Origin: Candidatus Dojkabacteria bacterium
Lineage (GTDB): Bacteria > Patescibacteriota > Dojkabacteria > SC72
Reading direction: 5' to 3'
DNA length: 64,000 nucleotides
Assembly (NCBI GenBank): GCA_050950145.1
Contig: JBMNHB010000001.1
Location: forward strand, 492,820-556,819
Under the pieces are notes generated by a model that worked only from the letters and a program-made list of their open reading frames with translations, was not told the DNA's origin and ran no database searches. The position numbers and the translations under genes were made by a program. This document shows positions 10,318 through 18,854 of this stretch, one piece after another. The number at the start of each line of letters is the position of its first letter. The stretch's first letter is position 1.

Positions 10318-11343
10318 ATGAACGATTTTTACACAAGAAAAGATGTAGATAAAAGTACCATTGAATTTACAATCACAATTCCAAAGGATGCTTTTCAGAA
10401 AAGTTACAAGGCACTCCTCGAGCAAGAGCTTAGTAATACTAAAATAGATGGTTTTAGAAAAGGAAAAGTTCCTACAGATTTGGTAGAACCACAAGTTAGC
10501 ACAAGCATTAAAACCAAAGTATTAGAGCAGTTAGTTCCAATGTATCTAACAACTGCTTTACAGAAAGAGAATATTAATCCAATTGCACCTCCAGATTACA
10601 AGAACTTTCCAGATCTATCAAAAGATGAGGATTTAGAACTTAAGGTAGGAATCACAGTAATGCCAGAATTCAAATTAGGATATTTAAATAAAGTCAAAGT
10701 CACAAAAGAGAAGGTTACTGTATCTAAGAAAGAAGTTGATGAGGCTCTAAACAATCTTTTTAAAAATGAAAATCTTGGAGAGAAAGAGATTAATGATAAA
10801 TGGGCAAAGGGTATGGCAGAGAAAATTAAAATTGAAGGTGTGAAAACATTAAAAGAGTTAGAGGAATTTGTTAAGAAAACAATTAAAGAGCAGAAAGAGA
10901 TAATAGCAAAGAGGAAGGCAGAAGAAGAAGCTTTTAATAAAGCTATTGAACTTAATAAAATAGAGATTCCACAACCAGCAATTGAATATGAAGCACAAGA
11001 GAGAGAACATTCTTTTGTTCATGATATGGGACATGACCAAACAAAGATTGATAACTTCCTTAAGGCTAATAATATTACAATGGGGAAGATGAGAGAACTT
11101 TGGTTAAAAGATGCAAAAGAAGCATTGGAGACAGATGTTTTCTTAAAACTCTATGCTAAAGAGAAAAATATAAAAGTTACTGATGAAGATTTAGCAAAGA
11201 AAATAGAGGGGATTAAATCAAAATCTCCTCAAGTTGAAAATCAGACAATATTTGAGAATGAGGAATGGAAAGAGTATGTTAGGAGAGTAGAAGTTAAAGA
11301 GAAAGCATTTAGAGAATTTATAAAAGAAGTTCTAGGAGAATAG
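10318..11343 (+). CDS. tig: Trigger factor (short; PPIase domain apparently reduced)
   Basis: IDGFRKGKVP ribosome-binding signature; directly upstream of clpP. Confidence 0.9.
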   Translation: MNDFYTRKDVDKSTIEFTITIPKDAFQKSYKALLEQELSNTKIDGFRKGKVPTDLVEPQVSTSIKTKVLEQLVPMYLTTALQKENINPIAPPDYKNFPDLSKDEDLELKVGITVMPEFKLGYLNKVKVTKEKVTVSKKEVDEALNNLFKNENLGEKEINDKWAKGMAEKIKIEGVKTLKELEEFVKKTIKEQKEIIAKRKAEEEAFNKAIELNKIEIPQPAIEYEAQEREHSFVHDMGHDQTKIDNFLKANNITMGKMRELWLKDAKEALETDVFLKLYAKEKNIKVTDEDLAKKIEGIKSKSPQVENQTIFENEEWKEYVRRVEVKEKAFREFIKEVLGE

Positions 11344-11376
11344 TAACTGCCTGTTTAAGTTTTTAAGAATTGATAT

Positions 11377-11958
11377 ATGGGTTTAATACCAACAGTTATT
11401 GAAAAAGAAAGAGGTGGTGAGAGAGCATATGATATCTATTCTAGATTATTAAAGGATAGGATAGTGTTTGTTAGTGGAAAGATAGAGACAAATATGGCAA
11501 ATACTATAGTTGCACAGCTTCTTTTTTTAGAGAAGGAAGATCCTAAGGCAGATATCCAGATGTTTATCAACTCACCAGGAGGATATATTACAGCAGGTAT
11601 GGCAATTATTGATACTATGAACTACATTAAGCCAGATGTTTCAACTACTGCTGTAGGATTAGCTGCATCTATGGGAACTATGCTCCTAATTAATGGTGCA
11701 AAAGGAAAAAGGTTTGCATTACCAAATAGTAAGATTCATATTCATCAACCACTTGGTGGAGTAGAAGGGCAAGCTAGTGATATTGCAATTGAAGCTAAGG
11801 AGATACTAAAGATTAGAGAACAGCTTTACAAAATGATTTCTGAAAAAACAGGAAAGAGCATATCTCAGATTACTAAGGATGCTGATAGAGATAAATACTT
11901 TACTGCCAAAGAGGCTAAGGCCTATGGTTTGGTAGATAAAATTATTAAGAAAAGATAA
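11377..11958 (+). CDS. clpP: ATP-dependent Clp protease proteolytic subunit
   Basis: [25 protein letters not shown] and HIHQPLGG motifs. Confidence 0.98.
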   Translation: MGLIPTVIEKERGGERAYDIYSRLLKDRIVFVSGKIETNMANTIVAQLLFLEKEDPKADIQMFINSPGGYITAGMAIIDTMNYIKPDVSTTAVGLAASMGTMLLINGAKGKRFALPNSKIHIHQPLGGVEGQASDIAIEAKEILKIREQLYKMISEKTGKSISQITKDADRDKYFTAKEAKAYGLVDKIIKKR

Positions 11959-11960
11959 TA

Positions 11961-12503
11961 ATGCCAGAGAGATATTATACAGACACAGGAGATCCGTTTG
12001 ATGCTTGTCAGAAGCAGGAAGATTTAGATGTCGTAAGAAAAAACCTTGAAGACTTTCTAAATCACGGTGATAGTGGAGATTAGGAAACTCAAAATTTACT
12101 CAATATCACAAGTAGAGATGTTAGATTTTGCATAAAGGATTTGATTGATAATGGAGATATTGATGTAGAACATTACAATTGTCTAACTATTGATGATGCA
12201 GAAGAAAAGGTAATGCTATGCGATTATTTGTCAGTAACTCTCTACGATACTACTAATATGAATGGAGATATACAAGTACATATCTTAGAAGCTAAAGATT
12301 TTGGACTAACTGTTTCCGTAATACAAACAGGTAGTAAAGGTGTGTCTATAAGATTTGAACCATTAGAAGAGAGTCCTAAATTTTTGAGAAGAAAATGGAT
12401 ACAATTGATTAATGAACAGAGTAAGCATACTAGAAACAAAAAGCTTACAGGAAAAGAAAAACAAAAAAGATTTGCAGAACTTAAAAACGATTTTGGATTG
12501 TAA
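11961..12503 (+). pseudogene. Hypothetical ORF interrupted by one in-frame TAG (12081-12083)
   Basis: The ATG at 11961 is in frame with the 12141-12503 ORF; only a single TAG separates them. Confidence 0.55.
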
Positions 12504-12538
12504 AAAGATTTAAAAGGATATAGAATTGTTCTTACTGT

Positions 12539-12615
12539 GGGCGATTAGCTCAGCTGGTTAGAGCGTCACATTGACATTGTGGAGGTCACAGGTTCGAGCC
12601 CCGTATCGCCCACCA
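12539..12615 (+). tRNA. tRNA-Val(GAC)
   Basis: GGGCGAT/ATCGCCC acceptor stem, D arm, anticodon loop TTGACAT, GGTTCGA T loop and encoded CCA; one A-C mismatch in the T stem. Confidence 0.96.
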
Positions 12616-12671
12616 TTTCGTTTTAGGATATGACAAGCAAAACTAAATATGTTTGTTAGTGAGAGATAATA

Positions 12672-13328
12672 ATGACAAAAGAAAAAGAGGTACTTTCCGT
12701 TTTTACAGAAATTTACAACCTAAATGTTTGTGGAGAAGATCCTCTTAAAATATACAGAGATATATCAAAAACAAATGTTAACTCCAAAGTTATGATTATT
12801 GCAGAAGCAATGGCACCAAAACAGGTTAGATTATCAGGAGTAAACTATTTCTACAAAGATGGAAGGATTGGAAGTACTGGTAAATATTTAGAAAAATTTC
12901 TAAACCTGTTTAATCACAGTGTATATCCTAATCACCCAAATTGTGTATATCATACTGAGATTGTTCACAATTTCCCAGGATATATTATAAAAAATGGGAA
13001 AAGAAATATTAGAAGACCCAATTCTGAAGAGATAAAGAAATCTGTTGAAAGTGGAATACTACAAAAAGAGATAGAAATAATAGAACCTAAGTTAATACTC
13101 TTAATGGGAAATACTGCCTATACCACATTCTACACACATTTTTTAAAACAGAAACTAGAAAGAAACTTATCAGAAGAGATAGAGAAAATTAGTTTAACAG
13201 GCATTTATAAAAAGTATAAAGACATTCCAGTTATTCCAATACAACATAGTTCAGGAGCAAATCCCAGATTCTCTAAGTTTCTAAAGAATAATAACCTTTT
13301 AGAAATAATTAAAAGAGTGTTGATATAA
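12672..13328 (+). CDS. Uracil-DNA glycosylase superfamily protein
   Basis: VMIIAEA, RRPNSEEI, EIEIIEPKLILLMGNTA and IPIQHSS resemble family 4/5 UDG motifs. Confidence 0.75.
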   Translation: MTKEKEVLSVFTEIYNLNVCGEDPLKIYRDISKTNVNSKVMIIAEAMAPKQVRLSGVNYFYKDGRIGSTGKYLEKFLNLFNHSVYPNHPNCVYHTEIVHNFPGYIIKNGKRNIRRPNSEEIKKSVESGILQKEIEIIEPKLILLMGNTAYTTFYTHFLKQKLERNLSEEIEKISLTGIYKKYKDIPVIPIQHSSGANPRFSKFLKNNNLLEIIKRVLI

Positions 13329-13342
13329 TAGTTGTAACTAAT

Positions 13343-14500
13343 ATGAAACTAACAGAGAAAACACAGAACCAAGAGGATATAGAATACTTACAAAAGCAAT
13401 CAGAAAAGACTCACTTTGATCTCTACAGAAACATCAGCAAAGAAGAGTTCACTTCCTCATTGAAAAAAGCAACAGAGGTTAAATCTGAATTTTTCGAACT
13501 TGCTATCCAAGAATCTCTAGCTCTCTTAGGTGATGCACACACATATGTATATGGAACAACTGATTACGAATTACTACCATTAAGAACAAAAGAAATAGAT
13601 GGGAACTTTTACATAATAGGAGCATCAAGAGAATATGAAGATATGTTAGGACAAAGAATAGAGAAAATTAATGGTTATAAATTAAAAGATATTCTAGAAA
13701 AAGTATCTAGACTGTCATCAAAAGAAAATAAAGAGCTTCTACTAAAAGAAAATGCAGCAGATATTATCTCTAATAGAGTTTTAAGATACTACGGTTTTAG
13801 TAATGATTCATTAGTAAAAATAACAACGGAGAAAGGTACTAGAGATGTTGATACAAAAGATGACAGTGCAATTAGAACACTCAATCCTTTTGACTGGAGA
13901 AAGGAAGATACTAAAGACCCAACCTTCATAGGAAATGAAATTTATAGATTTAGGATATTAGGTAATACTTTACTTTTCCAATACAATGAATGTACCAATG
14001 AAGGTAAAACTAAAGAAGAATTAAAAGAGTTTAAAAAGCAATTACTAGAAAAAGTTAAATCTGTAAAATCAATTGTTGTAGATTTAAGGCAAAATGGAGG
14101 TGGAGACACCGACATTATGGAGGACCTCTTTAATAAACTTCCTGAAAATAAAAACATTTATGTAGCAATTGGTCGGAATACATACTCATCAGCAATACAT
14201 CATCTCCTATATTTAAAAAACAAAAAAGGAGCAATACTAATAGGAGAGAATGCTGGACAAAAACCTAGTAGATTTGGAGACAGTAAAGAATTTGTCCTAC
14301 CTCATTCACAACTGAAAGTTACATGTTCTTTTAGATACTTTGAACTTTTACCTGGGAAGGATATTGATGTAATAGAACCAGATATTAAAATTCCTGTTAA
14401 AATTGACAACTATATAAACAACATAGATCCTCTTAATGAATGGATCAAGGAAAATATGAATTCTAATCCTTATGAGCATAATCCCCATACTTCCCACTAA
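13343..14500 (+). CDS. S41 family (C-terminal processing-like) peptidase
   Basis: LGDAHT, IVVDLRQNGGG, TYSSA, IGE and IEPDI motifs. Confidence 0.8.
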   Translation: MKLTEKTQNQEDIEYLQKQSEKTHFDLYRNISKEEFTSSLKKATEVKSEFFELAIQESLALLGDAHTYVYGTTDYELLPLRTKEIDGNFYIIGASREYEDMLGQRIEKINGYKLKDILEKVSRLSSKENKELLLKENAADIISNRVLRYYGFSNDSLVKITTEKGTRDVDTKDDSAIRTLNPFDWRKEDTKDPTFIGNEIYRFRILGNTLLFQYNECTNEGKTKEELKEFKKQLLEKVKSVKSIVVDLRQNGGGDTDIMEDLFNKLPENKNIYVAIGRNTYSSAIHHLLYLKNKKGAILIGENAGQKPSRFGDSKEFVLPHSQLKVTCSFRYFELLPGKDIDVIEPDIKIPVKIDNYINNIDPLNEWIKENMNSNPYEHNPHTSH

Positions 14501-14996
14501 TAGGATCTTTAAAGATAAAGGCCTTAGGAGGAAAGTAAGAGAAAATTGCAAAAAGTACACCTATTATCACAACAAATACTGTTGCAATAAACTCACCAAA
14601 TAATAAAATTCCCTTAGTTAATATCCTATACTCTACCAACAACCCGATTGCTATTGAAAGAAAAAATATTACAATTGTTAACCAAAGAGGAACTTTTTTC
14701 ATAATTACTCTTAAAGGTTCAAAGAGTAGAGGCATTGCGATAAGTTCCATAAAAAGAAGGGCTAGAGTAGCATTCCAAAAATTAGAATAAACACCCTTAA
14801 AAGCAAAATACTGAAATACAATAACTAAAATAGTAGGAGCTAAAAGTAACTTCATATGCTCCCATGTACTTTCATTAAGAGCAGAAAAAACATGTAAAAG
14901 GATCCCTTTCTTAAACCAACCATGAGTAAAATGGAGTAGGGTACCAAATGTTGAGATTACAAAAAACGAAATTAGCAACACTTTCCAGAGTTCCAT
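14463..14996 (-). CDS. Membrane protein with GTLLHF and NESTWEHMKL motifs (DUF6512-like)
   Basis: About 5 TM helices; TGT-TATACT -10 box 5 nt before the ATG at 14996. Confidence 0.6.
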   Translation of the reverse strand: MELWKVLLISFFVISTFGTLLHFTHGWFKKGILLHVFSALNESTWEHMKLLLAPTILVIVFQYFAFKGVYSNFWNATLALLFMELIAMPLLFEPLRVIMKKVPLWLTIVIFFLSIAIGLLVEYRILTKGILLFGEFIATVFVVIIGVLFAIFSYFPPKAFIFKDPISGKYGDYAHKD

Positions 14997-15011
14997 ACTA
15001 AAGTATAACAC

Positions 15012-15980
15012 TTAACCAACAAGTTGTAACAACACTTCTCTTACACCTTCAACAGTATCTAAATCCATAAGGGTAGTTCGTAATTCAACAGCCCCTTCAA
15101 AATTACTAATATATGCTTTAATATATTTTTTCTGACTATTAAATATATCCATATTCCCTTTTTCTTTTTCAAATATATCTAAATGATGAAGTAGGGTAGT
15201 TATTCTCTCTTCCTTGCTAATATTTCCATTCTGTTTTTCTAAATCTCCTGAAAACAACCAAGGATTATTTAATATTGCTCTTCCAATCAGAACACCATCT
15301 ACTTTGTACTTTTCTACATATTCCTCTGCTTGAGATTTACTCTTAACATCACCATTTCCTAAGATTATAGTTTTTGGGGAAATACTATCTCTTAACTTTA
15401 CACTCCTAGCTATCTCATCCCATCTAGATGGAGTAGCATATCCTTCTCTAGAGAGTCTCCCATGTACAGTTATCATATCTAAACCTTGCTCAAGCAGAAA
15501 ATTTATCCACTCTTCTGTTTCTATCTTCTCAAAACCAATCCTTGTCTTTACACTAACAGGGATATTCCCAACACTCTGTTTTACTGCATCTATAATCTCC
15601 CCAGCCAAAACCTTATCATTAATCAAAGCAGATCCTCTACCTCCTGAGAGAACATCCCTAACAGAACAACCCATGTTAATATCAATTCCATCAGGTTTTA
15701 ACTGCTTAAGGTATTCAATTGTTTCTACATAGTATTCAGGAACATTCCCCCAAAGCTGTATAATAATTGGTCTCTCAACATCCCTAAACGCCAATCTATG
15801 TATAACTTTCTCTCTACCTTTAGAACAGAAGCCTTCAACATTGAGAAATTCAGTAAAGAACAAATCTGGCTTACCAATCTCACAAATAACTTGCCTAAAA
15901 ACAGTATCTGTAATACCTTCCATAGGAGCAAGAGCAAATATATAATCTTTCTTTTCAAGTATCTGTTTGTATATATTCAT
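15012..15980 (-). CDS. dus: tRNA-dihydrouridine synthase
   Basis: LAPMEGITD, IDINMGC, GSAL, SVKTRIG, TVHGR, GNGDV and IGR motifs. Confidence 0.95.
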   Translation of the reverse strand: MNIYKQILEKKDYIFALAPMEGITDTVFRQVICEIGKPDLFFTEFLNVEGFCSKGREKVIHRLAFRDVERPIIIQLWGNVPEYYVETIEYLKQLKPDGIDINMGCSVRDVLSGGRGSALINDKVLAGEIIDAVKQSVGNIPVSVKTRIGFEKIETEEWINFLLEQGLDMITVHGRLSREGYATPSRWDEIARSVKLRDSISPKTIILGNGDVKSKSQAEEYVEKYKVDGVLIGRAILNNPWLFSGDLEKQNGNISKEERITTLLHHLDIFEKEKGNMDIFNSQKKYIKAYISNFEGAVELRTTLMDLDTVEGVREVLLQLVG

Positions 15981-16111
15981 AAATGTATTCTACCACACAC
16001 TTTTCTTTTTCATTAACCTATCCAAAATCCTTGCAATCCACAACTTAACTCTGTACTATTTAGTATCAAATAGTATCTTTTAATTAATATTAAATTAAAG
16101 GAGGAAGGTTT

Positions 16112-18172
16112 ATGAAAGAAGAGTACAAACCACTATTCACCCCATGGAAGATTGGTAATCTTGAAATCAAAAACAGGATTGTTATGACATCTATGGGTGG
16201 TACTTCACTCTTTGGATGGATGGAACCATTCGGTAACCATTTTGACAAAGAGGCAGCCAATTTCATCTTAGAACGGGCAAAGAATAATGTAGGATTAATA
16301 CTCCCTGGTATTGCTCCAATTCGTGATATTCTTTGGGGAAAATGGCTATACAAAGGTAAAGGCAAATTCAAAGAACTTAAAGAATTTATGGATGAATTTC
16401 ATAAAACAGGTTCCAAACTATTCATTCAACTAGGTGCAGGTTTCGGGAGAAGTTTAGCAATTAATCACCTAATGGCAGAGGCGTATCATAATAAATTGCT
16501 AGGAACACTTCTTAAGCCAGTCATTGATGTTGATTACCTAACAGCTAGTGCAAGTGCAACACCAAACCGTTGGCTTGAATCTGTAATGTCAAGGCCAATG
16601 ACAGAGAAAGAAATACAGGAAATCGTTGATGGTTTTGCTAAAACAGCTAAACTTTGCCAAGAGGCTGGAGTTGATGGTATTGAAGTACACGCTGTTCATG
16701 AAGGTTATCTTCTTGACCAATTTACAATGAAATATACAAATTTCAGGGATGATAAATATGGAGGTTCATTTGAGAATAGATATAGATTTCCTGTTGAAAT
16801 AGTGCAGGCAATTAAAAAAGAGTGTGGTAAAGATTTCCCTGTATCACTTAGATATTCGGTCGTTTCTAAGACAAAAGGATTCGGACAAGGAGCACTTCCA
16901 GGTGAAGAATACACTGAAGTAGGAAGAGATATGGAGGAGTCAAGACAAGCTGCAAAATATCTACAAGATGCAGGGTATGATATGTTAAATTGTGATAATG
17001 GAACATATGATGCTTGGTACTGGGCTCATCCTCCAGGGTATATGCCTCACAACTGTAATCTTGAAGATGTTGAAGAAATTAGAAAATCTGTTGACATCCC
17101 TGTAGTTTGTGCAGGTAGAATGACACCATTGGCAGCAGCTGAATCGATAAAAGAGGGGAAGATTGATGCAATGGGAGTTGCTAGACAATTCCTTACTGAC
17201 CCTGAGTGGATAACTAAACTCATGAACGGTGATGAGGAAAGTATAAAGCCATGTATCTGTTGTCACAATGCTTGTTTCAGCATGGCTCATTACAAAGGAG
17301 TAGGAAATGACCAATCAATTTCAGATAACGCAGGGATGGCAAGATGTGCACTAAATCCAACAACTATGCAGTCCAAGAAATACAAGATTGTTAAAACAAA
17401 AAATCCTAAACATATTGCAATCATAGGAGCAGGAATAGGAGGAATGGAAGTTGCAAGACTCTTAACACTACGAGGTCACAAGGCAACTATTTATGAAAAG
17501 ACTGACAGGGTAGGAGGAGTTTTTACATATGCTTCAACACCTGCCTTTAAGGATAAAGAGAAAGCCTTGCTTGATTGGTATGAAAAAGAGATGAAAGATC
17601 TACAAATTGAGATTAAGTTTAATACTGAAGTAACTGATTTAGATCAAATAGATGCAGAGGAAGTAATTGTTGCAATAGGTGCAACACCAAAAAGATTAAA
17701 GATAAAAGGGATTGAGAATACAATTGAAGCATGTGACTATCTAAAAGACAACTCTAAAGCTGGAGATAAAGTTCTCATCATTGGTGGAGGTTTAACTGGA
17801 TGTGAAATTGCACTAGATCTATACCAAAAAGGTAAGATACCTATCATCGTTGAAGCAAGGAATGATTTAATAGCTGTAAGAGGCGTCTGTTTGGCAAACA
17901 GTTCATATCTCAGAGAGTTCTTTGCATTAAATAATGTTGATGTCCATCTAGAAGCTTCCGTTCAGGAGATAACAAAGGATGGGGTTGCCATAAAGAACAA
18001 AGATGGTAAAGAAATTTTCATAGAAGCAGATACTGTCATTATGTCAGTTGGGTATAATCCGAAAACTATTCCTGAGACAAAACGCAAAATCCATTTAGTA
18101 GGAGATTGTCATGAAGTTGGAAACTTAAGAACAGTTACCTGGAGAGCATGGGATGTTGGAATGAAAATTTAA
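16112..18172 (+). CDS. NADH:flavin oxidoreductase (OYE barrel, 4Fe-4S and FAD domains; enoate-reductase-like)
   Basis: LFTPWKIGNLEIKNRIV, DGIEVHAVHEGYLLDQF, RDDKYGGSFENR, CICCHNAC...C and two Rossmann motifs; strong SD AAAGGAGG. Confidence 0.92.
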   Translation: MKEEYKPLFTPWKIGNLEIKNRIVMTSMGGTSLFGWMEPFGNHFDKEAANFILERAKNNVGLILPGIAPIRDILWGKWLYKGKGKFKELKEFMDEFHKTGSKLFIQLGAGFGRSLAINHLMAEAYHNKLLGTLLKPVIDVDYLTASASATPNRWLESVMSRPMTEKEIQEIVDGFAKTAKLCQEAGVDGIEVHAVHEGYLLDQFTMKYTNFRDDKYGGSFENRYRFPVEIVQAIKKECGKDFPVSLRYSVVSKTKGFGQGALPGEEYTEVGRDMEESRQAAKYLQDAGYDMLNCDNGTYDAWYWAHPPGYMPHNCNLEDVEEIRKSVDIPVVCAGRMTPLAAAESIKEGKIDAMGVARQFLTDPEWITKLMNGDEESIKPCICCHNACFSMAHYKGVGNDQSISDNAGMARCALNPTTMQSKKYKIVKTKNPKHIAIIGAGIGGMEVARLLTLRGHKATIYEKTDRVGGVFTYASTPAFKDKEKALLDWYEKEMKDLQIEIKFNTEVTDLDQIDAEEVIVAIGATPKRLKIKGIENTIEACDYLKDNSKAGDKVLIIGGGLTGCEIALDLYQKGKIPIIVEARNDLIAVRGVCLANSSYLREFFALNNVDVHLEASVQEITKDGVAIKNKDGKEIFIEADTVIMSVGYNPKTIPETKRKIHLVGDCHEVGNLRTVTWRAWDVGMKI

Positions 18173-18177
18173 CCCAC

Positions 18178-18386
18178 CAGGCCTGGCCTAGGTCTGACCT
18201 TCGTTCATAACTTTTTAATCCACCCAAAAGGTCTACTACTACTACTAAGTAATTACAATATCCTATGTCTCCCTAGACCCAAAATTTTTACAAAATACAA
18301 AAGTTTGTTTCAAGGATAACTCTTAGGAAGAGGTTTGGAAGATGATTAAATATAGATTAACGTGGGGCAGACCTAGGTCAGACCTG
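18178..18386. mobile_element. REPIN/MITE-like element: two inverted copies of the RAYT-flanking repeat
   Basis: A degenerate copy at 18178-18200 and a copy at 18353-18386 matching 4272-4305 in reverse complement (2 mismatches), about 150 bp apart. Confidence 0.8.
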
Positions 18387-18457
18387 ATGACCCTTACCAA
18401 CCCTTGCAAGAGAAGAGATTTTCGCATAAACTGGTAGGAAGAAGAAATACTGCCCAA

Positions 18458-18853
18458 ATGGAACAAAAAAATCTACTAAAAAACACAGGTCAACAACTGA
18501 TTGACACAGATAGAACCGATTCATACTTACAAATCCTTGTATATTACATACAAGATTTCCTAAACTGGTGGTATGTTAAAATGTCTGTAAGACACCTAAA
18601 AATCCTAGGAAGACTATCAACAATCGTAGATGACAACCTTTCAATATCATTACTTTTCAAAAACTTCTTTACCCCATGGCATAGAGATAGAACAATAATA
18701 GGATATTTCTTCGGAATCTTTATCAAACTACTTTACCTTCCAATAGCACTAGTAATATACATGTCAATAATATTTCTTTACATGACATTCATTTTGATTT
18801 GGTTAATTCTGCCAATAGTAACAATCGTATTTATAATAACATCAATATTTTAA
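18458..18853 (+). CDS. Small membrane protein coupled to the Clp ATPase gene
   Basis: WWY...LSISLLFKNFFTPWHRD followed by two TM helices; stop is 1 nt before the next start. Confidence 0.65.
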   Translation: MEQKNLLKNTGQQLIDTDRTDSYLQILVYYIQDFLNWWYVKMSVRHLKILGRLSTIVDDNLSISLLFKNFFTPWHRDRTIIGYFFGIFIKLLYLPIALVIYMSIIFLYMTFILIWLILPIVTIVFIITSIF

Positions 18854-18854
18854 A

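Noticed and set aside
12539-18386. tRNA-anchored integrative island
   Set aside because: Accessory-looking genes follow the tRNA, but no adjacent integrase or duplicated tRNA 3' end was seen.
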